Shown: positions 11,655 through 22,668, counted from the stretch's first letter. The stretch is DNA of 64,000 nt from Candidatus Binatia bacterium (GCA_963666315.2 CAXXHG010000039.1:105608-169607); one strand, 5' to 3'. A program made the numbers and translations. The notes: generated by a model from the letters alone, not told the origin.

Positions 11655-12314
11655 ATGCATTTCGCACGTGAGGGATATGGATGGATCTCCGGACTGGGTG
11701 CCCTATCCCTCATACTCGGTCTCTTAGATTGGCAACCCTTTGGTTGGCTGATTTTCGGGCTGACCCTGTTTGTTGCCTTTTTCTTTCGCGACCCTGACCG
11801 CGCTATTCCCGATGACGAACGCTTTATTGTTGCACCGGCGGATGGACGTGTTATCACTATCGAACAGAACGCCCAGGGCAAATATTTCTCTGAGCAACCG
11901 TCCTCTCGCGTAGGTATTTTCCTGTCTCCGCTCGACGTCCACGTGAATCGTGTCCCGATCTCCGGCCAGGTGACGCAAATCCAGTATCAAGCCGGGAAAT
12001 TCCATGCGGCGTTTGCGTCTGATGCAGCGGAGGTAAACGAGCAAAATGCAGTGATGTTACAGGATGCTCAGGGCCGACACTTCATCGTGGTTCAAATCGC
12101 GGGTATGCTGGCCAGGCGTATTGTGTGCCGACTCAAAGATGGTGAGCAGGTTCAGCAGGGTGATCGGTATGGCATGATTATGTTAGGCTCCCGGGTTGAT
12201 CTGTACTGTCCAGCAGAGGTGGAATTAAAGGTTGAAGTAGGCCAACGGGTGAAGGCTGGTGAGACGATCATCGGCGAGTACCGCAGCGCCACTAAAAGCT
12301 TCGTGTCGTCATGA
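11655..12314 (+). CDS. psd: phosphatidylserine decarboxylase proenzyme
   Basis: FFRDPDR, APADG, VHVNRVP, LGSRVD cleavage motif. Confidence 0.95.
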   Translation: MHFAREGYGWISGLGALSLILGLLDWQPFGWLIFGLTLFVAFFFRDPDRAIPDDERFIVAPADGRVITIEQNAQGKYFSEQPSSRVGIFLSPLDVHVNRVPISGQVTQIQYQAGKFHAAFASDAAEVNEQNAVMLQDAQGRHFIVVQIAGMLARRIVCRLKDGEQVQQGDRYGMIMLGSRVDLYCPAEVELKVEVGQRVKAGETIIGEYRSATKSFVSS

Positions 12315-13192
12315 ATACACGAAAAAAAATTGGACGTCTGCCTACCTCCAAGAAAATGCGGCCCCCTTTGCGCAAAGGGGTCTATCTGCTACCCAATCTG
12401 TTTACGACCGGTGGGCTGTTGTGTGGCTTCTACGCGATCATTGCGACGATCAAGGGCGACTTCCGGGTTGCTGCGACCGCAGTGCTGATCGCCCTCATCT
12501 TTGACGCGCTGGATGGACGTATTGCCCGCATGACGAAGACCTCAAGCCAGTTTGGCGCGGAATATGATTCCCTGTCTGACTTAGTGGCTTTTGGCGTCGC
12601 CCCCGGCGTATTGGCGTACCGCTGGGCTTTAGAGCCGTGGGGAGCGTGGGGCTGGCTGGCTGCCGCTCTCTACGTTGTGTGTGGCGCACTCCGACTCGCT
12701 CGCTTCAATGTCCAGACTGCAGTGGTGGAGAAAGACAGCTTTGTCGGACTGCCGATACCTGCGGCTGCCGCAGGTATCGCCACAACGATTTGGCTCTACT
12801 ACTTCCTCGGAGGCGAAGGAACGACAAGTAAACACCTGACCTTACTCCTCCTGGTGTCTGTGCTGGCCGGCTTGATGATCAGCACGATCCGCTACGCGAG
12901 CTTCAAAGACCTCAACCTGCGCGACCGCCAGCCGTTTGGGCTCCTTGTTGTGGGCATTATTCTTCTGCTGTTCACGATCGCGGAGCCGCAGATTATGCTG
13001 TTTAGTCTCGCGACTGTGTATGTCTTGTCAGGCCCGCTGGGGATGATTCCGCATTGGTGGAAGAAGCGCGCTCAACCTGAACAAGAGACTAGTATCGCTG
13101 TTGTCCATCCCGAACGCGTACGGGAAGAGTCGCCACACCGGTCGCTTGCGCATGCCCATTCACTTGACAAAGAGAAAAAGGGTTCGGTATAA
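12311..13192 (+). CDS. pssA: CDP-diacylglycerol--serine O-phosphatidyltransferase
   Basis: DALDGRIAR...FGAEYDSLSD CDP-alcohol phosphotransferase motif; RLARFN. Confidence 0.96.
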   Translation: MNTRKKIGRLPTSKKMRPPLRKGVYLLPNLFTTGGLLCGFYAIIATIKGDFRVAATAVLIALIFDALDGRIARMTKTSSQFGAEYDSLSDLVAFGVAPGVLAYRWALEPWGAWGWLAAALYVVCGALRLARFNVQTAVVEKDSFVGLPIPAAAAGIATTIWLYYFLGGEGTTSKHLTLLLLVSVLAGLMISTIRYASFKDLNLRDRQPFGLLVVGIILLLFTIAEPQIMLFSLATVYVLSGPLGMIPHWWKKRAQPEQETSIAVVHPERVREESPHRSLAHAHSLDKEKKGSV

Positions 13193-13193
13193 C
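13164..13193 (+). promoter_or_regulatory. sigma70 promoter for leu leader/leuA
   Basis: TTGACA-N18-TATAAC about 10 nt before the leader ATG. Confidence 0.65.
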
Positions 13194-13203
13194 AGAAAAC
13201 AGC

Positions 13204-13302
13204 ATGGGTAGAGCAATAACAAAAATTGAAATTTTAGCCACAGGTCTCCTGCTTGACCTGCTACTTATCATCCCGCCTGAGGGATCCGAGGGAGGCGTGT
13301 AG
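13204..13302 (+). CDS. leucine attenuator leader peptide (32 aa)
   Basis: MGRAITKIEILATGLLLDLLLIIPPEGSEGGV*; six Leu codons in seven positions. Confidence 0.8.
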   Translation: MGRAITKIEILATGLLLDLLLIIPPEGSEGGV

Positions 13303-13320
13303 GCGCACCAGACTCTCGGA

Positions 13321-13358
13321 GGCCACGGGCGGGACAACCGATTCGTGGCTTTTCTTTA
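13321..13358 (+). terminator. attenuator terminator upstream of leuA
   Basis: gccacg...cgtggc hairpin followed by ttttcttt. Confidence 0.75.
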
Positions 13359-13419
13359 CAGGGCTGCGGGTCTACTCGCAGCCCTTTTTATTTATATGGA
13401 TCAAACCGAGGAGGAAGAT

Positions 13420-14973
13420 ATGGAACGCGACGTTGTCAAGATTTTCGATACCACATTGCGTGACGGCGAGCAGTCGCCTGGCGCCACCATGAATATTGAA
13501 GAAAAAGTCATGATAGCCGGCCAGCTCGAGAAGCTCAATGTGGATGTCATTGAGGCCGGCTTTGCTGCATCTTCGGAGGGCGATTTTGAATCCATTCGGC
13601 GTGTGGCCGAGCTTGTTTCCACGCCCATTGTCTTGAGTTTAGCACGCACCAAGGAAGATGACATTCGCCGCTCCATTCAGGCAGTGGAAACGGCGCAGCA
13701 TCCGGGCGTGCATATTTTTATTGCAACTTCGGATATTCACCTCAAACACAAGCTCATGATGAGTCGTCAGGAGTGCCTTGACGCAGCCGTGTGGGCGGTC
13801 GAGTATGCCAAAAAGCACCTTGACTATATCGAGTTTTCGGCTGAAGATGCCTCCCGGACGGATCGTGACTTTCTTGTCCGGATTTTCGATGAAGTCATTA
13901 AGGCAGGCGCGGTGACCCTGAATGTTCCAGATACCACCGGCTATGCCATTCCGCATCAGTTCGGTGCCCTGTTTCAGTATTTACAAGAAAATGTTGCCGG
14001 CGGAAAAGACGTGACCTGGAGTGCCCACTGTCACAATGATCTCGGCTTGGCCGTGGCAAACTCCCTCGCTGCCATTGAAAACGGTGCGCGCCAGGTTGAG
14101 TGCACGATCAACGGCATAGGCGAACGCGCTGGTAATACGTCCATGGAAGAAGTCGTGATGGCGCTCAGGACGCGGGAAGACGTTTTCTCCAATGTCAAAA
14201 CCAATGTGGTCACTGAACAGATTTACCCCTCCAGCCAGCTCTTGTCTCAAATCACCGGTATCAGTGTTCCGATCAATAAGCCGGTTGTTGGCGATAACGC
14301 CTTTGCCCATGAGGCGGGTATTCACCAAGATGGGGTACTCAAGTACAAGCTGACCTATGAGATTATGCAGCCGCAGACGATTGGACTGAACAGCAACAGG
14401 CTGGTGCTGGGCAAGCACTCCGGACGCCATGCGTTTATCGAGCGGCTGAAGTTCCTGGGTATTGATTACAGCGGCACGGATATGAATAAGGCGTTTGTGC
14501 GCTTTAAAGCTTTGGCTGACAAGAAAAAGAGCGTGTATGACGAGGATTTGATTGCGATTGTGATGGAAGAGACGGCGCGCGTTCCGGATAAATATGAACT
14601 CGTGTATCTGAATGTCACGTCGTCAAGTATGGCAGTTCCGCATGCCACCGTGAAGATGAAAGTCAATGGGGAAGAGCAACTTGAGGACGCCTCTGGCGAC
14701 GGCATGGTCGATGCCTGCTACAAAGCCATTTCTAAAATCGCTGCAATGGACTTGCAGCTCGAACGCTATTCGGTCCAATCCATCACGGGTGGGACGGATG
14801 CCCAAGGAGAAGTGTCGTGTCTCTTGCGCCAAAATGGGACCTCGGTCAACGGACAAGGGTCGCACACCGACATCATCATGGCCAGCGCTTTAGCGTTTAC
14901 CAATGCGCTCAATAAACTGGCATATCTGGCGCGTTATGGCGATCGGTCTGGCGCCCACCGAGAGGGGCCATAA
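13420..14973 (+). CDS. leuA: 2-isopropylmalate synthase
   Basis: DTTLRDGEQ, HCHNDLG, GERAGN, HQDG, C-terminal allosteric domain; GAGGAGG RBS. Confidence 0.97.
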   Translation: MERDVVKIFDTTLRDGEQSPGATMNIEEKVMIAGQLEKLNVDVIEAGFAASSEGDFESIRRVAELVSTPIVLSLARTKEDDIRRSIQAVETAQHPGVHIFIATSDIHLKHKLMMSRQECLDAAVWAVEYAKKHLDYIEFSAEDASRTDRDFLVRIFDEVIKAGAVTLNVPDTTGYAIPHQFGALFQYLQENVAGGKDVTWSAHCHNDLGLAVANSLAAIENGARQVECTINGIGERAGNTSMEEVVMALRTREDVFSNVKTNVVTEQIYPSSQLLSQITGISVPINKPVVGDNAFAHEAGIHQDGVLKYKLTYEIMQPQTIGLNSNRLVLGKHSGRHAFIERLKFLGIDYSGTDMNKAFVRFKALADKKKSVYDEDLIAIVMEETARVPDKYELVYLNVTSSSMAVPHATVKMKVNGEEQLEDASGDGMVDACYKAISKIAAMDLQLERYSVQSITGGTDAQGEVSCLLRQNGTSVNGQGSHTDIIMASALAFTNALNKLAYLARYGDRSGAHREGP

Positions 14974-15070
14974 GCAGGGATCACCCCTGTTTGCAGGGAT
15001 TCCCCCTATTTGATTGTGCCTAGCGTTTGTGATGGACTTGCCGGGCGGAGCAGCAGGCAAGGAGAATAAA

Positions 15071-16150
15071 ATGGCACATAAAGTTGCAGTGTTTGCAGGT
15101 GACGGAATTGGCCCTGAGGTCATGGGCGAGGCGACTGAGGTCCTCAAGATCGTCGGGCCGCGATTTGGAATAGATTTTACGTTCGAGCCGGCTTTGGCCG
15201 GCGGCTGCTCGATTGACGCACACGGAGTGGCGCTGACGGATTCCGCGCTCCGGGTGGCCAAAGAGAGCGATGCGGTATTGCTTGGTGCGGTTGGCGGGCC
15301 CAAGTGGGATGACCCGAAATCCATGGTTCGTCCGGAACAAGCCATCCTGGGTCTGCGCAAGGAGCTGGGGCTGTTCGCAAACCTGCGGCCGATTCAGGTC
15401 AATCCACATTTGGTGCACGCTTCGACCTTGAAGCCCGAAGTCTTGGCGGGTGTTGACCTGATGGTGGTACGCGAGCTGACCGGCGGGGTGTATTATGGCC
15501 GGCCGAGCGAGCGGCGTATCGGCCCGTCCGGACGGGAAGCCGTTGATACTATTTTCTACACCGAAGGAGAGGTGGAACGTCTGATGCGGGTGTCTTTCGA
15601 GTTGGCTCGCAAGCGACGCAAAAAACTCACCTCGGTTGACAAGGCAAACATCATGGCGTCGTCGCGGATGTGGCGCGAAGTCGCCAATGAAGTTGCGCAG
15701 GACTACCCCGATGTCGGATATGAGGATGTCCTGGTTGATGCCATGGCGATGCATCTGATTCGACGGCCGAGCGATTTTGACGTCATCGCCGCGGAGAATA
15801 TGTTCGGCGACATTCTGACTGATGAAGCGTCTATGCTCGTCGGGTCCATGGGCCTGCTGCCCTCCGCTTCACTCGGAGAGGGGCTGCGTGGCTTATACGA
15901 ACCCATTCATGGTACGGCTCCGGACATCGCCGGCCAAGATAAAGCCAACCCGATTGCCATGATCCTTTCGACTGTACTCATGTTGCGCCTCTCGTTTGGA
16001 CAGGACGACGCAGCGCAAGCGATTGAAGACGCCGTCGAGCAGGTCTTAGCCGGCGGCTACCGAACGCCAGATATCGCCCAGCCGGAATGCCACCTGGTCG
16101 GCTGCAAGGAGATGGGTCGTCTCGTCCGAGAGAAGCTGGGGGAGCAGTGA
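15071..16150 (+). CDS. leuB: 3-isopropylmalate dehydrogenase
   Basis: [32 protein letters not shown]. Confidence 0.97.
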   Translation: MAHKVAVFAGDGIGPEVMGEATEVLKIVGPRFGIDFTFEPALAGGCSIDAHGVALTDSALRVAKESDAVLLGAVGGPKWDDPKSMVRPEQAILGLRKELGLFANLRPIQVNPHLVHASTLKPEVLAGVDLMVVRELTGGVYYGRPSERRIGPSGREAVDTIFYTEGEVERLMRVSFELARKRRKKLTSVDKANIMASSRMWREVANEVAQDYPDVGYEDVLVDAMAMHLIRRPSDFDVIAAENMFGDILTDEASMLVGSMGLLPSASLGEGLRGLYEPIHGTAPDIAGQDKANPIAMILSTVLMLRLSFGQDDAAQAIEDAVEQVLAGGYRTPDIAQPECHLVGCKEMGRLVREKLGEQ

Positions 16151-16228
16151 GTAGTTGGCTCGCGAGCTTCTCCCCTCTTGGGGCTGACAGGGTAGGTAAA
16201 AGGGCGAAGGAGATTGGCATGCCCCCCG

Positions 16229-16327
16229 GTAGCCTGGATGGAACGGAGTGGAATCCGGGGAATGCGCGCGCGTTCCCTCGCGGTCGGTAGAGTAGTCCTG
16301 GACTCCGTTGCGTTACGTCCAGGCTAC
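16229..16327. repeat. long imperfect palindrome (GTAG-footed REP/REPIN-like)
   Basis: gtagcctgga...tccaggctac terminal inverted repeats with an inner aacggagt/actccgtt pair. Confidence 0.75.
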
Positions 16328-16338
16328 ACAATCCTCTA

Positions 16339-16467
16339 GAGGGTGTTTGGAAACTCGCTGGACACGTCATTGCGAGCATAGCGAAGCAATCTGAGCGGGA
16401 CAAGAGATTGCTCCGTCGGCTCCAGCTCCTCGCAATGACACGTTTTCCCCCATTGCCAAACACCCAC
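16339..16467. mobile_element. MITE-like element containing a family-A palindrome
   Basis: Perfect 10-bp IR gggtgtttgg (16341-50)/ccaaacaccc (16456-65) enclosing gtcattgcgag...ctcgcaatgac (16366-16439). Confidence 0.6.
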
Positions 16468-16507
16468 TCGCTGCGAGGTAGCTCTGTTCTTGGATGACGG
16501 TCTTGCT

Positions 16508-19500
16508 TTACTGGATCTCCTCCAACAGCGCCTTCGCGTCCTTCAAGTCCGCCGTATCAAAGCCTTCGGTGAACCAGTTGTAGACGGGCGCGAGGAGTTC
16601 GTGGGCTTCCGTCGTCTTGCCTTGCTGCTGCCACAGCCGGGCCAGGCTGGTGGCGGCGCGCAGCTCCCAGTATTTGGACTGTTGGTGGTGGGCCACCTCA
16701 AGGGCTTGCTGATAACAGGCTTCCGCTTCTTTTTCTCCTGCCGCTACGTCCCGAGCTTGGAGCGTCAACTCACCTTGGATTCGGAACACTCCTGCCTCGC
16801 AGTACCGCTCTCCCGTGCTGGTGATTGCCGTCTGCGCTTTGGCCAGGAGTGTCAGCCCTTCCTCCACGTGTCCGTCGTCCCCGAGAAGTGCCGTTAGCAG
16901 ACTCAGAAAAAGCGGTCGATTCGACACAGAGGCTGTCGCCCTAGACGCATCAAGGGCCGCCCGGAATTGAGCAATCCCCTCAGTTCGGTGACCTTGGGTT
17001 GCTAGCGTCCATCCGTGCAGCATGCGACCGTACGCCAAGTGGGCCGCATAACCCTGGGCGGTCGCGAGCGTGATCAACCGCTCAGCCAACTCTTGTGCAG
17101 CCCGCACTGCCCGGCCGCGACACAGGTTCCAACCGGCCACGGCCAGGCCGTATGCCAGACTATTCGGGTGCGCCACTTCTTCGGCGAGGGCCAGTGCCGC
17201 CTGGCTCATCTGGCGAGCCTGGTCTGGATACCCAAGAAAGACGAGGGTACAAGCCAGTACCGCTTTTCCCATGACGCCGGGGTCCATCCCGTACACAAAG
17301 GCTAAGGCGTGGTGTTGCGCGGGGTCGTAGAGGGTCAAGAGCTGCTCGAAATGCTCTCGACCTTGTGAAAATTCCCCCTCTTGATAGTAGGCTTGCCCCA
17401 TCGCATAGTGAGCTTCGATGAGCAGGGCGTCATCTTGCACACGCTCGGCCAGCGTGAGCAGCTGCTCTGCGAGGGTATGCGCGGTCTGCCACTCGGCGCG
17501 GACACTGTAGAACGCACACATTCCCCACAAGACGGGGAAAATTTGTTGGGTTTCTCCTGCCTGGCAACACAACTCGCGTGCCCGGGTGTACACCACGCCC
17601 ACCTCTGGAGCCGCAAACCCTTTGAGGGCAATCAGTGGACCGCCCAACGTGGTTTGAAGCGGCAGTTCGAGCTGAGCGCGCTCGGGCGTATCCGGCAGGG
17701 TCTGGACCAACTCGATTCCCTTGGTCAGATACGTAATCGCCTCTACGTTCGCGGTCCGTTGGTTGGCCCGCTGCCAATAGGGAATCGCGCGTTCAGCAAG
17801 CCCTGCCTGCGTGTAGTGATGGGCCAGCAGTTCGGGGCGCGTTCCCACGGTCTCGGCATACTGCTCCTCCAATACCTTCGCCGTCTGGGCATGCAGTTGG
17901 TGGCGACGGCTCTTGAGCAGCGCCTCGTACGCGACATCTTAGAGTAAGGCGTGCTTAAAGGTATACGTCGCCTCCGGGGGGACACCGCGCGCAAACAGAA
18001 TCTCAGCGCTCCCTAATTGGCTCAGTCCATCTCGCAATAACGAGTCATCCATTTGCGACACAGCCTGGATGAGGTCATACGTAAATTCGCGGCCTAACAC
18101 CGCGCCTATTTGGGCGAGTTCTCGAACGGGCGCGAGGCGATCAAGGCGGGCGGCAAACGAGTCTCGTAACGACGACGGGATGGCCATTTCCGGCAGCGGG
18201 CGGGTTAACGCATACTGCCGGTCCGTCTCGATTAGCAGACCGGATTCCAGCAGATTCTTGGTCATCTCCTCGATGTATAGCGGCACCCTGTCCGACTTGG
18301 CCAGCAGTTGTTGTACCACCTCCTCGGGCAGCGCTTTACCCGCCACCCGCTCGACCATGGCAGCGATCTCTTGCTGTGGTAGACGGTTGAGGTACATCTG
18401 CAACGTATGCGCTTGCGCCGGCCACGGCGGCGTGAATTCGGGCCGAAACGTGAGCAGTAGGAGCATCCGTGAGGCAGGCGCTTGGTCTATGAGCAGGCCC
18501 AGCAGTTCTAAGGTCGAGGGGTCTGCCCAATGCAAGTCTTCGAACTCGATCCGCACCGGCTGGTGTTCTGAGGCATGCTGCAACCAGGTCACCAACGCCT
18601 GGAGCGTTCTCTCTTTCTGTTTTTGCGGACTGTATTGTAAGGGCGGATGGTCGTCAGAGAGCGGGATCGACAGGAGACTGGCAAACAAGGCCACGGTCTC
18701 GTCGTCATTCATTCCCACAGGTTCTAACCACTGGCTGAGCTTGGCGAATTTTGCGGCCGCAGTATCGTCCTTGGTGAAGGCTAGGACCTGCTGCAGCCGG
18801 TCGGTGATCGGATACAGTGCACTGTTTTGATAAAACGGCGAGCATTGGCACAGGATGCTCAGTTGCGGCTCGGCCTGGATGTTGTCCCGCAGCACTTGCA
18901 TTAGGCGGGATTTGCCGATGCCGGCTTCACCGCTGAGCAACACCACCTGGCCGTCGCCCGCTTTGGTTCGCTCCCAGCGGCGCAGTAGTGGTTCCATTTC
19001 TTCTTCACGACCAATGAGCGGCGTCAGCCCCTGTTGCACGGACACGTCAAAGCGGCTGTGCGCCTCCCCTTCCCCCGTGACCTGATAGAGCGTGAGGACA
19101 GATGAAAGTCCTTTCAGCTCCTGGGGACCGAGGTCGTGGCAGACAAAGAATCCTTGTACGAGGCGGTAAGTATCGGCACTGATGGCTATCGTGTGCGGGG
19201 CAGCTTTCCCTTGTGCCAGCGCGGCAATATTCGGCTTCTCGCCTAAGGCCAGCTGTTCGGTATGCTCGCCACCCCCGACCGTGCCGATGACGACCGGGCC
19301 GGTATGCAGACCAATGCGGGCTTGGATGGGCTGAGAGAGCGGCAGCGTTGATAAAACATCGAGAATCTCTAGGCCACTGCGAACCGCACGAATGGCATCG
19401 TCTTCATGCGCCGCCGGGTAGCCGAAGTACACCAAAATGCCGTCGCCGAGATATTGGGCGATATGGCCTTCGTAGCGCTCAATCACCTGCCGACACGCAT

Positions 19501-19870
19501 CCTGGTAGGCGCGCACGATGGCGTGCAGGTCTTCGGGGTCGAGTTGTTCCGAGAGTGCAGTAGAACCGACCAGGTCACAGAACATCACCGTCAGTTGGCG
19601 GCGTTCGCCTGTGGGCACCTCCTGTTCCGGTTGGGGCGACGGGGCTGCGGGAGGATCCTCCGCGCTCTGAGGGGAGGTCTCCGCTCCGGTCCAGACTAAG
19701 ACTTTGCTTTCCTCATCGACTGCGACCCGTCGCCCTTCGATCAATTCAAACTTGAGGTCGTCCAGCGCCTCATCATCAAGGGCAAACTGCCGCTTGAGCG
19801 TCCGGTAGGGGAGCCGGCCACGACGCTGAAGCATATGGATGGCCTGTTCCAAGACTTCGTCGAACGTCAT
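16508..19870 (-). pseudogene. class III adenylate/guanylate cyclase-AAA ATPase-TPR protein, premature stop
   Basis: ERRQLTVMFCDLVGST, GEAGIGKSRL, TPR region; the two ORFs are in one frame, separated by TAA at 17939-17941 (FKHALL*DVAYEALL). Confidence 0.88.
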
Positions 19871-20157
19871 CGCCTCGCCCCTCGACCTCATTACTCCTTC
19901 GACTGACTCGATTCAAGGCGAACCGTCGGTCAGGCGGCCAATCGCTGCCGGGGATTCTCAGGCCGTCCTACGCCAACCATATACTGCCCGCCGGCATAGA
20001 CCGCAGGCTGTCACTCTGTCCCCTTGAGTTTCAGAAAGGGAGACTCTGCCACTCGCGGTAATTTCCAGCAGTGAGTGACTGGCCAGTAGCTGCCTAGGAC
20101 GTTGCCTTCATGTGCAACTCCTTCTCCCGCCGCATAATTCTTGCGCCTGGTTGTTGG

Positions 20158-20205
20158 CAGGGGCACGGCGTGCCATGTCCAGGGCGACCGGCCGGTCGCC
20201 CCTAC
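20158..20205. repeat. REP-like palindromes (aggggc...gcccctac type)
   Basis: gggcgaccggccggtcgcccctac; a related copy gtaggggccggaccctgcccttac at 22735-22758. Confidence 0.65.
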
Positions 20206-20208
20206 ACG

Positions 20209-21068
20209 CTAACGTGTTTCGCCGGCCTGCAGGAGCGCGATGATCGCTTCTTTCTGACTCCGCTTGTGAAAGTCTGCAAGCATACTCTTTTCTAATGTCC
20301 CAGGCGTCGCATCCGGGGCAGTGAGCAAGAGGGTCGCCGTAGCCGGCTGATCATTCCACACGGCTTCGGTTAGTGCCGTCCAACCGTATGCATCTTGTGT
20401 GGCCGTTCTTGCCCCATGGGTGAGCAGCAACTGCACGATGTCCGTATGGCCGCGGCTTGCCGCCCGGAGCAGGAGGTGCGCCCCTGACTGGTTCACGACA
20501 TCAACCTCAGCCCCGTAGTCGAGGAAGAGGCTGACGAGCGCGGTATGACCTCTGGTGGTTGCTGCCATGAGCGCGGTCATACCTGACGGCGATGGGACGT
20601 TGACCCGAGCCCCGTAGTCTACAAGAGTTGAGCCGATTGGGTCTGGCCGTTCCAGGCGGCCAGCATGAGCGGAGACCAGCCGTTTCGGTCATAGATGTTG
20701 ATACCAACGCCTAAATCCAGCAAAAGCTGGACGAGGTCACTATGGCCATACAACGCTGCATACATAAGCGCGGTGCTTTGCTCTCCATCGCGTATGTGCG
20801 GGGAAATATCAAGTGTCAGCAGGCTCTTGGTCAGAAAGAGTGAACCTGTTTTCGCGCTGTCAAGAAAGATTTCATACGCCCAATGCTCCAGATCTTGGCG
20901 CGAGGCAGCCGCCCAGTGTTGAACAGTCCGGCGGGATTCGAGTATCCAGTCCTGGAGATGCTGGAGAATGGTCGGAGAGTCGTTGGCTGAAGACGTGCGG
21001 CTGCCCTGGCAGCCTAAACATATGAGGTAGAATAGCGCCAGCCCAACAGCAGTCTGGAGTGACCTCAT
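20209..21068 (-). pseudogene. ankyrin-repeat (lipo)protein, frameshifted near 20620
   Basis: STALMYAALYGH, WSPLMLAAWNG, then shifted frame DYGARVNVPSPSGMTALMAATTRGH; N-terminal CLGC lipobox-like. Confidence 0.82.
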
Positions 21069-21150
21069 CCCGCTTTTCTCGCCGTTTTTCTCGCCGATAT
21101 CGGAAAGAGCAATAAATAGTGTCTCATGGCTTTTGGGAGGGTCCGCCGTG

Positions 21151-21747
21151 TCATGCGTTATCCGTGCTTGCCATGTTTGGCTTGCCACGCTTGAGCAAGT
21201 CGTACCAGTAGAATGCTACGACAACGAGCGCGTGGGTAATGCGCCCCTGGCGGACGATCTCGGGCAGTTCGCTGACTGGTACCAGGGTGACTTCTGTTTC
21301 CTCTGTCGTATCGAAGTGTGGTTCACAGATTCTTTCGACGTTGCGCGCCAGAAAGCTATGGCAGCGGTTAGCCTGAATAGCCGGGTTCGGGTGTATGGCC
21401 CCGAGGGGGATGATGTCGTCCGAGTCATAGCCCGTCTCTTCTTGCATTTCCCGGCGTGCGGCATGCAGCGGAGAGGCGTCCTCTTGATCGACCATGCCAC
21501 CTGGAATTTCGAGCGTGATATCGTTCGTCCCGTGACGGTATTGATGGATCAGTACCACCTCTTCATTCGGTGTCACTGGGATAATGTTCACCCACTCGGT
21601 GCTGTCGAGAACAAAGAAGTCATGCGTTTTTCCGGTCCGTGGAGAACGCGAACGGTTTTTTTGTAAAGAGAAAATTCTACACGAGTATACTGTTTCCGAG
21701 TCAAGGCGTTGCCAAGGCTGGATCTTGCTCTGTGGCTGATCAGACAT
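21151..21747 (-). CDS. NUDIX hydrolase (ADP-ribose pyrophosphatase-like)
   Basis: Nudix box GGMVD...AARREMQEETG. Confidence 0.92.
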   Translation of the reverse strand: MSDQPQSKIQPWQRLDSETVYSCRIFSLQKNRSRSPRTGKTHDFFVLDSTEWVNIIPVTPNEEVVLIHQYRHGTNDITLEIPGGMVDQEDASPLHAARREMQEETGYDSDDIIPLGAIHPNPAIQANRCHSFLARNVERICEPHFDTTEETEVTLVPVSELPEIVRQGRITHALVVVAFYWYDLLKRGKPNMASTDNA

Positions 21748-22180
21748 GGCAGCAGAATAGGGCTGAGAACAGTCGCCGGTACTCGATGGCCGGACAGCGG
21801 TCCATGATGACAGTGAGGCCGGCTGCGTGCGCTTTTTTTGCTGCGGTTTCGTCAATGACTCCGAGCTGGAGCCAGAGGACAGAGGCGCCGATGGCAACGG
21901 CATCCTCAGCAATCTGATCCACGAACTCTGAACGCCGGAAAACGTCAACCATATCGACTATATCCGGGACCTGGTGAAGACTCGGAAAGCAGCGCTCGCC
22001 CAGCACTTCCCGGCAATGCGGGTTAACGGGAATAATGGTGTGGCCTTTAGCTTTGAGGAGAGCCGCGATCTGATGGCTGTCCCGACTTGGATCAGGTGAA
22101 CAGCCGACGACGGCAATGCTGTGCGGTGTTGTCAGAATGTCCCGAATCGTTTCGTCAGGTGGGTTGGTAAAGAAGGTCAT
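21740..22180 (-). CDS. CoA-binding protein (YccU-like)
   Basis: IAVVGCS, PVNP, DVFR, WLQLG, MDRC. Confidence 0.92.
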   Translation of the reverse strand: MTFFTNPPDETIRDILTTPHSIAVVGCSPDPSRDSHQIAALLKAKGHTIIPVNPHCREVLGERCFPSLHQVPDIVDMVDVFRRSEFVDQIAEDAVAIGASVLWLQLGVIDETAAKKAHAAGLTVIMDRCPAIEYRRLFSALFCCHV

Positions 22181-22668
22181 GTTGCCCGCTGTATCAGATC
22201 CTCAAAGGAACGCTCAAGACAACGCTTAATCTCCACCATACGGGCACGAAAGGCTTCCTCGCCCTGCATAGCGGGATCGTCGATATCTCCGTGCTCGCCT
22301 GCAAACTCTTTGAGTGTGAACGCGGGCTTCCCGGTTGCTTCGGTGTAGGCTTCGAGCATGGACTTCTGCTCGCTTGTCATGGTGAGAATCAGATCCGCGT
22401 TTGCGATGAAATCTCGATGGCGTTTGAGATCAGTCGAGACGAATTCATCGCGTTTGATATGGATATCATGCTCTTGCAGGATGAAATCAGCATCGAGAGA
22501 AGCGATCATGCCGTCTCTGGCATAGATGGCAATGCCGCCCGAACGAACGGTAATATTCTGGATGCCACGGTCGGCCAACATCTTTTCCAATAAAGCGTGG
22601 GCCATCACACTGCGACTCGTATTGGCGTGGCAAACAATGAGAATAGTGTAGGCAGATTGTTGTGTCAC
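22177..22668 (-). CDS. low-molecular-weight protein phosphatase family
   Basis: CHANTSRS (Cx5R) P-loop; DIDDP. Confidence 0.85.
   Translation of the reverse strand: MTQQSAYTILIVCHANTSRSVMAHALLEKMLADRGIQNITVRSGGIAIYARDGMIASLDADFILQEHDIHIKRDEFVSTDLKRHRDFIANADLILTMTSEQKSMLEAYTEATGKPAFTLKEFAGEHGDIDDPAMQGEEAFRARMVEIKRCLERSFEDLIQRAT

Noticed and set aside
17939-17941. Recoding of the cyclase internal stop
   Set aside because: The stop is TAA at a Gln position; neither Sec nor Pyl uses TAA
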